Source of the DNA: Folioceros fuciformis
Taxonomy: Eukaryota
Direction: 5' to 3'
DNA: 42,888 nucleotides
Assembly (NCBI GenBank): GCA_049999805.1
Contig: JBNGIO010005977.1
Location: 104,077-146,964 of the forward strand
A model generated the notes under the pieces. It had not been told where the DNA came from and ran no database searches. It was given only the letters and a program-made list of their open reading frames with translations. A program made the translations under genes and the position numbers. Shown in pieces: positions 11,362 through 21,820 of this stretch (the first letter of the stretch is position 1; each line of letters starts with the position of its first letter).

Positions 11362-14017
11362 ATGAGTGAAGAGATTGAGAAGCATGTGCTGCGAAAGTAT
11401 CATGTCTGTCAAAAGCTCGGGAAAGGAGTGAGCATTAAAGCCTATCCTTAAGTTTTCCAGTTTGAATGCAAATCGGTACTCAAAGACTGGGAGTAAATTA
11501 CTGTGTTATTGACAGGCCTATGGCATTGTGTGGAAAGCAATTGACAGACGCACCAATGAAGTTGTGGCGCTCAAGAAAATCTTTGATGCATTTCAAAATG
11601 CCACTGATGCACAGGTTATAACCATGATTTGCGTTCCTCTTGTGCCAGTTCATGATTCACAGATTGAGTTCTGATGGTCTCATGGCTTTCGCCTGATCAC
11701 ACGTTCCATAATCTGCAGAGGACCTTCCGAGAGGTTATGTTTCTGCAGGAGATGGAACACGAAAATATAATCAGGTGAGGGTTTGCTCTTGCTAGTCCCT
11801 GATTATGATAATCAGGGATGATGCTTGTCAGTGCCCATGCACTAGTCTGAACCCGCTCGGCTTTGGCGTAGATTGTTGAACGTTCTGAAAGCGGAAAACG
11901 ACCGTGATTTATATCTCGTCTTCGACTACATGGGTATGCCTCTCTTCTGGAGCTCGTACCACTCAAACCATTTACAATTGTGTATTACTTTGTGTGCAAA
12001 AAGCGGGTCTATCATGAGTGACCACTTCTGAATGATGTGACATACTAGCGTGAAATTGTATTTGCCACAGAGACCGATTTGCATGCGGTTATCAGGGCGA
12101 ACATTCTTGAAGAGGTTCATAAGCAAGTAAGATGCGTTTACTTTGTGGTCGCAAGGTTCTTGAACATTATGAGAAATGTTCTCGTAGGTTCACGTTCTGC
12201 TGTATGCAGTTCATCATGTATCAGCTCTTCAAGGGATTGAAGTATATGCATTCAGCAGAGCTCCTACACCGGGATATCAAAGTAAGCCAGCTGGGTTGCT
12301 TGCTTCTCCAGTCTTGTGTTTTGCACAGTGTCGATGAACTAGCTGCTTAATTTTACATAGGTGTTTTGCACGATGGAGACTGTGCTAAATGAGCTTCTTG
12401 CATTTGGTCCTCTGTTGGGAAATAGCTCAGCCCAGCAACTTGCTTCTGGATTCGGAGTGTATAGTGAAACTGGCTGACTTGGGCCTCGCGCGATCCGTGA
12501 GTCTACGTTTACCTTCCTCCGCTGTTGTAAGTTTTTGTCCTAAACGTTCCGAAACAGCACTCTGAGAAGATTCATATGGTTGCCAGGTTGCCCAACTCAG
12601 GGAGGACACGACCCAAAACCCAGTTCTTACAGACTACGTAGCCACACGCTGGTACGACTTAGAAAGCCATTCAGAATCTATCATGCTTACATACTACAGG
12701 TCTGAATTGCTACCGACAGTATATTGGTTAAAAGCAATTGAAATTCTCATTCGATACTGCATTGTAACAATCAGGTATCGAGCTCCAGAGATTCTGCTTG
12801 GTTCGGGGAAGTAAGTTTCTTTCTACATCTGCTTTCGTCTCGGCTGTTTAATTCCAGAAATCTTGGCACTCAGTTGTGGTTACGCTAGGTTCCTGCAGAG
12901 GAGCATGCTTTGATTGAATCTGTGGTTGAAGTTTTGGGAACTAGGTATACTTTCGGGGTGGATATGTGGTCAAGTGGTTGCATTCTTGGGGAGCTTATGT
13001 CGGGCAGGCCCCTGTTTCCCGGTACGACAAACTGCTCTTCAAGAAAGTTATCTGGTTACTTTCCAACATGACATCCAGGATGACACTATTCGTCTGCATG
13101 TGTGCTATGCCCACAGGGACATCAACAATGAACCAGATTGAGAAGGTGTTGGAGGTCATTGGCAAGCCAAAACCAGTAAGCTTTAGCTGCTTTCCCCTTG
13201 TCTCTTGTCAAAATATGTTTCTGCACTGATCTGACTTTTTGCATACTGTGCATGGTTTCAACCTAACTTGAAGGAAGATATAGACGCAATACACTCCCCT
13301 TTCGCCGCAACCATGCTTGAGAACATGGCCCCTTTAAATACCAAGTAATTTCACAACTCAATCCTTTGGCTCCATCTGCTCATACCGCTGTTTTCTTTTT
13401 CTCTTTTTTGGGTGGAATCTTGCTAGTTGCCTACCGATGTATTCATGGCCAATACCGAATTTGCAGAACTTGGAAGCAGTTGTTTCCGAACATTTCTCCT
13501 CAGGCTGAAGACCTGATTTGCAGATTGTTGCAATTCAATCCTCACAGGCGACTCACAGCTGAGGTACCAGAGTTTTTAGTCCAGCAGTCACGTTGCTGGT
13601 GTATTTCTTGTTGGCTGCACAGCTACCGTTGATTTGTCGAATGTGCCAGTACTAAGCTTCTGGGTGCCGTTTTGGCAGCAAGCTCTGAGGCATCCTTATG
13701 TGGCCCAATTCCACAATCCAAAAGATGAACCCAGGTGCAACAGGATCATCACCATTCCCATCGACGACAATACCAAGTACGTATTTTCTGTAGCGTTACT
13801 CGTAACGAGTCGACTGTGTCCAGAGCAAGTTTGATCGACTGCGCAATGTTGCAGGTTCACTATTCAGGAGTATCGGGAAAAATTGTACTCGGAAATTGTG
13901 CAGCGTAAGAAGGAGATCAGGAGGAGAATGCGGGACAAGGAACGGGAAAAGGGGTTGGCTGCTAGAGGGAGTCGCAGAAGCAGTAGATCTCGGTCAAGCG
14001 GTAGTATTCAAGGATAG
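11362..14017 (+). CDS. MAPK15: MAP kinase of the ERK7/MAPK15 type (TDY activation loop); 15 exons: 11362-11427, 11516-11614, 11719-11774, 11872-11933, 12071-12126, 12210-12281, 12431-12496, 12587-12651, 12775-12810, 12945-13021, 13117-13175, 13274-13344, 13467-13563, 13679-13776, 13855-14017 (380 aa)
   Basis: [112 protein letters not shown] are diagnostic of ERK7/8. All junctions are GT-AG and in frame (1143 nt). Confidence 0.93.
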
Positions 14018-14263
14018 AAATGAGCCCTCTGGTTCTGATTTGGGGCCAGCGTAAGAACTTCGGCATGCACTGTTCTCATACCCGTTTTTCGGTTTACGAG
14101 TGGAGGGTGCAACACGTTTGACATATGATGGAGGTGAGTGGTGTGCCATATTGTAGTACTGTACATTGTACCGCGAGTCTGTTCTTCATGTACCGTCTTT
14201 GATAAGTGTGTAGAACTCGACATCTTGTGCTGGTTCAGTCTGACTACTCGCAAACAAGCGAAT

Positions 14264-15519
14264 TCAAAAGGTGTCGCGATCATGTAGGAGTAGTTTAAAC
14301 TTGTGGCAGTCCTGCAAACACCAGAACAGTCCTAATACCTGAGTATAGTAGCTCGTGACTCAACACTCCATAGACTGTACCATTAATTCCACGTACCTTT
14401 TCTAAAGCAAGCAATGTTGCCTCGATGAGGTCAATTTTAGCTGTGACCTCTTCCTGAGCCTTTTCGATGCTACTACGGCTTGAGCCTGTGTCCATCAGTT
14501 CCCGTTGTACACCTTGGTGTGCGAGCTGAATCTGCAGGCATGACAGTGAATAAGCGACATGTTAGGGCTCATTATTGCACCAACCATCCATAGATCCGTT
14601 CCCAAGCATCGAGGCCAACCGCTTGGATCATGTCCTTCAACTCGGCTTCTCTTTGATGAAGCTTGTTGAGCCTTTTATCAACTTCCCTTGACGCTCGCTC
14701 CAGATCCTGAAAACCCACCCAGACATCCGTTCTGAGGAGGAAGAAGCGTAAATTAAACGTGCTCTGCGTAGCACACGACGTAATGGCACCTGCTTGGCCT
14801 CCAAAGTATCGACAAGCTCATGTCGTAGAATGTTGCAACGAATCTGGGCTCGTGCCAGTTTCTCTGGAAGTCCATCTCTGTTCAATCCATGCGTGGCGAT
14901 GCAGCTTGGCTTGGATTGCAAAGCCGTCAGATTGTCAATCAGCTTCTGAAGAGAAAGGTTGAGGGTTTGAGAGACAATTTTCTGACGACAATAGGGGCAT
15001 GTAGCCTTGTGAGCGTTGCCGCGAGTATGAACTGCCAAACACTGCACGAGGGTGAGATGTTTTTCAATTGCAACATCCAGGTGGTGAACATAACAAGCCA
15101 CGAATACACAGACCAAAAAAAAATGATCACAGGTGAAGTCGCAGGAGCAAGAGAGGAAGGAACCTTTGCACAAAATGTGTGACCGCAAGGCGAGAGAAGC
15201 ATTGGCTGGCGGGCAGGCGACTTCATCAGCTCGAAACAAATGGGACACGAGTTGCTTTCCAACTCAGCAGCCAGCGAGCTGCAACAAAAGATGCATGGCC
15301 TCTTGTTCAACCAAGCACGTCCCATCCTCAACTCAAATTCAACCAGGCAGAAAGCACTAAACAAGCAGCACCATGGCACGCCATGCCAGAGGCACTTGGC
15401 CGATAATTTGGAGGCCCTATGCTGAACAAATTCCCGATCTACCTGGCAAGATCGTCCACAGCCACCTCTGCTTTCGATGGTGGCCCAGGTTTGAATGTCG
15501 GATCCTTCAACTGCGCCAT
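14264..15519 (-). CDS. RING-HC (C3HC4) zinc-finger plus coiled-coil protein, putative E3 ligase; exons 15519-15443, 15278-15164, 15041-14790, 14706-14620, 14531-14397, 14311-14264 (237 aa; start could be further upstream)
   Basis: CPICFELMKSPARQPMLLSPCGHTFCAK|CL...CPYCRQKI...NLSLQKLID, then heptad-rich helices. Five in-frame GT-AG introns. Confidence 0.82.
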
Positions 15520-16067
15520 GGACGCTTTCCGCACCCCAATCTTGAACGACAAGATTGCCACAACTAGCAAGAGTCCAAGAACACAAGTTGTGCTCCAACA
15601 GTGGAACAAATCGACCGGATCACAATCAAAATCGCACAAGGCTGCCATCAAGCCGTTGCGACAACACGAGGCTGTTCCATCCGCGGAGTCGATGATTTGA
15701 AATCATCTGAGTCTTGCCTGCGCGTTCATTATCGATCGCACACAATTCTCCATGAGATTGAGAATTCTCGCGACACGGGGAAGAACGGCCCGCAACACGA
15801 CGCGCGTCGGTTCCGGGAAGAGATGGATGAAATGGCAGAGCTCATGCCAGCCACGGCGACAGAGACTTAGCTGGTGCACGGTTCGAGACGTTCTTCACGA
15901 CTCAACTCGGCCGGTTTGTTGCGAAGAACCTGGAACCGGCCCAGATGCGGGGATGAGATTGCTGTGGTTTCGCAAAAGTTGACATGAGGTGCAGTCCAGA
16001 CATGAATTCCTACCCAAAAAATAAAAAATAATAATAATATCATCAACATCTTCCAAATACAACATTC

Positions 16068-18692
16068 CAGTCAAACCCCTCTAATTGGGACCCCCGGGAA
16101 CCCTGACGCCGGTGCTAAATGCTAAATGAAAACCCTTCTAATTTATAAATAGGAATATGTTTCCCAAACATTCAATGCACTTTATACCTCTATAAAAAGG
16201 AAAATATATATTTAAAAAAATAAAAAAAAATAATTTGAGAAAATCGTCTATCGAGATTAAATCATGATTTATTGAGATTATGTCAAGTTAAAAGCTATTG
16301 AGATTATATCATAAAGCATAGACACTCATCGAGATTGGGCCTATATATATTGTAGTTCTGTACATTATGCTTTGTGATCAGAAGCATTGTTCCTAGTACA
16401 TAAGTTGTTTCATTGTACAAGTTGTCTCATGGTATTGTAAGTTGTGTTATGGTGTTGTCAGTTGTTGTCTTGTTGTGAGATATTTTGTATGTGTTCCTTA
16501 CCCATTCTCTTTGACGTGTAGGAACAATGCCGCCCAAGCCACCGCGCAAGCATGTTACCCTAACAAAGCAATAGAAGAAAGAGGTTTGCGAATATTATGT
16601 CCAACACTCTTGCATACTTAAGGAGTTGACTAGATGGACAATAGAGAAGTTTTCAATAGCACCTTCTAAAAGTGCATTGTCAAGGATTGTGAATAACAAA
16701 GACAAATCGTTGGACCCTGCCATTTGTCCAACAACTAATATGGCAGTAATGAGGGATAGACCAGTCGTAAGCCCACAGGTTGGCAGTACACGTTTGGGCT
16801 CTTGCAATCCAAGCTCAAGGTGCCACAATTTCAGATGACTTGCTTCGTGAGATGGCTTCCAAATTCCACGAGGGAATTCCTGAAGATGAGAGACCAAAAA
16901 TGACATACCATAGAGGTTGGGTTGCTCGATGGAAGAAAAGGTATAATTTTAAATCAATTGTCAGACATGGAGAGGCAAGGAGTGTTGACAATACAAAAGC
17001 AATGAAGGCAGCTATTAGAGAGCTGCAACTTCAAGTCCTTGATTATGGAGCTGCAAATGTTTTTAATATGGATGAGACTGGTCTTTTCTTCAAAGCACCG
17101 CCGAACATGACACTTACAACAATGCGTGTTGCAGGACGGAAGCAGTTTAAGGACTGGTTGACAATCGGACTGACAACAAATGTTGATGGATCTTGCAAGT
17201 TGCCACCTTTTGTGATTAACAGATATCTNNNNNNNNNNNNNNNNNNNNNNNNNNNNNNNNNNNNNNNNNNNNNNNNNNNNNNNNNNNNNNNNNNNNNNNN
17301 NNNNNNNNNNNNNNNNNNNNNNNNNNNNGCGTATTGTAGGACAAAAGCAATTTAAGGACCGGTTGACAATTGGACTGACAATAAATGTTGATGGATCTTG
17401 CAAGTTGCCACCTTTTGTGATTAACAGATATCTTAGGCCTCGTGCTTTTTCCGTCGGGAATGTTCAAAATCCCTAGAATTTGAATATTATCTGGTCTACA
17501 AACCAAAAGGCATGGATGACAATAGAGTTGTTTGAGAAGTTTTTGCTAGATTTTGACCAGAGGATGGTTGCATTAGGGCGGACTAGAGTATTACTTATAG
17601 TGGATAATTGTCATGAGCATCGGTTTGGTAATGCAGCTCAATTGCAAGTTACAAAGGTGGTTTTCTTTCCACCCAATGTAACAAGCGTATATCAACCTTT
17701 GGNNNNNNNNNNTCCACCCAATGTAACAAGCGTATATCAACCTTTGGACCAGGGGATCATCTGTTCTTTCAAGGCTTAGTATTGCAAGTTGATGATTTTG
17801 TACCGACGCAACCAGATCATAGACAGTGCGGCTACAACTATCGATGTATATCAAGCAGTGGTTATGCTGGTAAAAACCTGAACTTCATTTGTGAGTCCTC
17901 ATACCATACGTAATCGTTGCAGGAATAGCACTATGGATGTGGAATTGTGTGCACAAGATGCTCGGTTCCGTGAGTCTTTGGATCTAAACAGCGCACCATA
18001 TGATCCAAAGGATCTATTGTCGAATCCTTAAAATCACTCTAATTCATTAAAAATGCAGGTAGAAGAGCTACAACAGTCCATGCAAAGCTTAGCATTATTG
18101 ACATATGAGGATATGATAGGAATTGCAGATGTTGGATATCCAACGATGACAGCTGAAGAGTATCTGAACTTTGAGGAGGATGAAGGATTGAAGACTACGT
18201 ATATTCCTATAGAGGACAAAATATCGCAAGCATTAATCCCTCCGTCTATCAATGAGGAGAGTGAGGAGAATGATATAGCGTCAATGGAGACCACAGTGCC
18301 AAGGCCACGTACGACAAAGGATGCTGTAGATTATGCTATGAGAATAGCAAAGATGTTTTTTGGAAGACATGCCACATAACACTCTTGATGCTTTGAAGTT
18401 GCATTCTCAGTTGGAAAAACATATTGTTAGTTATTGAATGAAAGCAACTCAACATCAATCAAGGATTGATGATTATTTTAACCCGGCAAACTAGAATTAG
18501 GTTGGCAGCTATGTAGTATGCGGGAGTATTTTGGATTTTTTGGAAGCTTTTAAGCTCTTTTGAATTTTTGAATTAAAGGATTTTTTTAAATATTTTTATT
18601 TTCAAAAAAGATGAAAATGCCTAAACGGGAACCCCTCTAAATGGGACGATTTTTGCTACTCCCAATTGTTCCCAATTAGAGGGGTCTAACTG
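16068..18692 (+). mobile_element. pogo/Tigger-family (Tc1/mariner superfamily) DNA transposon, decayed
   Basis: The left end CAGTCAAACCCCTCTAATTGGGA is an imperfect inverted repeat of the right end TCCCAATTAGAGGGGTCTAACTG, which is followed by TA (18693-18694); the left flank reads TC. Subterminal copies of the TIR core lie near 16130 and 18632. Confidence 0.88.
16527..18490 (+). pseudogene. pogo/Tigger transposase pseudogene (CENP-B-type HTH, DDE_1 domain, C-terminal PIP box)
   Basis: MPPKPPRKHVTLT..., GWVARWKKRY, HGEARSVD, VFNMDETGLFFK, NQKAWMT, LLIVDNCHEH, FFPPNVTSVYQPLDQGII, terminal QSRIDDYF. Several stops/frameshifts and two N gaps. Confidence 0.9.
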
Positions 18693-19615
18693 TATCTCGG
18701 TAACAGCCACACCCCGTAAGGAGGCCGCCAAACCAACCTACAAGTCAGTACGGTTGTCGGAAGGGCATTGTCAAAACGTGGCCCGGTATGCTTCCATCTA
18801 CGTATTTCATTTTCCACAACTGCCTAAATTTAAAAAATGAAGAAATTTTTTATTATTGTCGGCATGCATGATGCATACAGCGAGTACCTTCCATGAATTT
18901 ATTGTGTCCATCTTGTCCCTCACTTGCCGATCTACTATATAGCCCTTCTATAGAAATCCTCATTTCTCTTTCAACAACCTCCAAAAGTGTTTAATCCTTT
19001 GTAGCACATGCTAATGCCTCTATATCCAACGGGTTATCATAGTTTGCAATTAATAAAATACACATCATACCTCACCTATCTATGTGACTTCAACCTCCAT
19101 GTCCCCTCCACCTTAGTATTTTCCTTCTTACTTGACTGTGGTCAGTAAATCCTCTAATGAAGCCACTCCCATTCTCTTAGGGATTCATTTTGACAAAGTC
19201 TACTTCTACCAGGTTGTGCTAGACTGCAATGTCTAATTGTGGGTGCCACCCACAGCTATAGGCAACACTGCCACCATTCGATCTCGTGTCGTTTAGGCTC
19301 TCAACCTTTGTATTGTTTGCCAAGTAGTTAATCTCAATTTCCTTCTTTGATGTCATCTTGTCTTTATCGGCACCACCATTTTCACCTATGCTTTGATTAG
19401 GTTCCATTTCCTTCCTTTCGTCCTCTTGCCACTTTCTTACACTTGAAACTTCCCTCCACATAATTGGCATGTGATAACGTCGTACCTTGCCTCCTCACTT
19501 CCACACCACCCTGCATTGAGCATTGTCATCTCCATAGATGGATCTTCCTCTTCCACTTCATGGCTTGTAGCAGCCTTGCGCCCATACCTACAATCTCTTG
19601 TCCCCACTTAAAGAG

Positions 19616-19690
19616 CTCACACCCTTAAGTTCCTTTGTGCTCACACCCTCGAGTTCCTTCGAACTTACACCCTCGAGTTTCTCTACACTC
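19616..19690. repeat. 24-bp tandem repeat, 3 copies
   Basis: ctcacacccttaagttcctttgtg / ctcacaccctcgagttccttcgaa / cttacaccctcgagtttctctaca starting at 19616, 19640 and 19664. Confidence 0.8.
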
Positions 19691-21820
19691 GTGGCTTTCT
19701 CACGATGTTTAATTTATTTCAAACACGTAGATTGCAATTCTTAACTATGAGGAGTAGGCTTCTAAACTTGAGGATGGTTTTAGCATCTGTGTCTTATGTC
19801 TTTCAATTTTTCAATTTTCAAGGTTCAATTTTTCTTGTGTTCCTCTAATATCAAGTCCTAAAGTTTGAGGGTCTTCACTAGTGACCATAGCAACACTTGC
19901 CTATGCTTTGGGCTCGTAAAAAGATGGCGTGTATAGTATTTCGCATGATGCCCCAAGCTCCACCTTCTTCAAGACAACTTTCAAGAATAATATAAAAGGT
20001 TGCTACCCAAAAGTCATGGAGGTGATTTCAATGTTGAAGAAATAAAGTATACGCCAGCATTGACTAGCAGTAGGCAAGCCTTTTATGTTCATCACAACTC
20101 GTCAAGAAGATTTCTTTGGATACTTCTCCCATCTTCAACTTGGGCCAGCACTACAACATGAGGTAGCCTACCTATAGGAACATCTAACCAATAAGTTGCT
20201 TTAAGAAATATGTAGAAATCAAGGGCCCAGATGGAAACAATTTCCGCTATATCCACCATAGCTTGGATATGCGATGTCTGCTTCCCTTGGTGAACAAGAG
20301 CTTATTCAAGGTGATTGGTTTGTTTCTTAAGTGGAAGCCTTGGCTACAAGATACGTGACTTCCTTCAAGCAAAAACTTTCAAAGGTGTGTCAGAGGAGTG
20401 CAAGACATGTATGAGAGGATGGTGGTGTGTAGCTTGGACTTTAGCTAACATAGTCTATATCGAACATGGTGTACTTATGGGAAAGTATGGTTGAAATTGT
20501 AAATCGAAGGTTTTGTTCACGAAATTCCTTTTTCTAGGCTACCCGATTGTTCAGAAGAGTTTGTTAAGTTGCCACATGGTTTATGTAACCCGAGGAGCTT
20601 GAGAGTAGTCCTCAAGAGCTACTTACATTGCGAAAACAATCTGGTTCGTCTGGTGCGGAGTTGCAAGGCCATTCTTAAAAACGAAAAAGTATCAACCTCC
20701 ATGATGAGTAGAAAGGAGGGCTCCATATCACAAATGAAGCTCTGTTAGCCTTGTCATGAATGTGATTGCCGATTATGTGAGAAGACCTTAGCCAATGTTG
20801 TGTAGAATCAGACAACAAATACATTTCCTAAATTAATGCTAAGATGAATGAATCTAGCTAAACTGGATATTTTGCAAATTAGCTTAGAACTAGCTAGATG
20901 TTTCAGGCAGGTTAGGTCACAACAGATGCTAGCTATTTTCCAAATTGTTGTTCGTGTAGCCCTGCTGCCCAACATGAGAAGATACCAAACCTTAGGTGAC
21001 CCAGCAAGGCATCATGGAAAGGAGAAGACTATTGCTGATGCAAAGGCGTGAGGCCAACTCAACGGGAGACAAGATCGTGGAGATGATGGCTAGTGTTAGG
21101 CAAAAGAGACAACTAGGGCAAGAGTCGTTAGTTGTTGAAGTTGCGCCTTGAAGCGCTGTGACACCGGAAGAGAACCTTGGGAAGTCATGTTCTTTTGAGA
21201 TTGGGGTTCAAGCTGAGCATGTTCTCAGCAAAATTTCTTCTTGTGGTGTAGGCTATGGCATGATTGGCAGGCTCATAGCTGTGCAGGATGCACAGCCCCT
21301 CACATTTCACTTAGATTGTTCCATGCAAAAAGACAAGCAATCTCTTCGATCAAAACCTTTCATTTTTTGAACACCAGCTGCCCTCACTTGCAATAGATTG
21401 TGCCGCAATCTGTTCTATAAATAGTAGTCGGTTGAAGCACAAAGACACATGTTCAAGCCAGGGACTCTATCCTTCCAATGGGTGCTGGCCAGGCATAGGC
21501 CTCGATGAGCCCAAGCCATCCACACTTGGGACCTAACTCATTACCAACATTGCTCTAGCACGATAGCCTCCGTTTGTTTTTCTTGCGAAGAAAAGGGATT
21601 CTGATTCATTTATTGGAAGATGTCTTCCACTTACAGTGCATAGCGGACCCCCCTGCTTATGTATGGTTAGAGCATGAGCACCATGGGAGAGGGGATAGTC
21701 GACCTCGTGCCCAAGACTCAAGACAAGACGCTCAGATTACCTAGCCCTTCACTATGGAAGCAACAAACTTGTAAGTCCACTTAGACTTAAACCTCAAATT
21801 CGCCCAAAGACCATAAGGGC

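Noticed and set aside
17668-17750. Duplicated PPNVTSVYQPL around a 10-N gap
   Set aside because: Exact overlap across the gap, typical of an unmerged contig overlap.
21050-21820. RNase H domain at the end of LINE ORF2
   Set aside because: No RNase H motifs seen; the element ends at the TSD (21578) shortly after zf-RVT.
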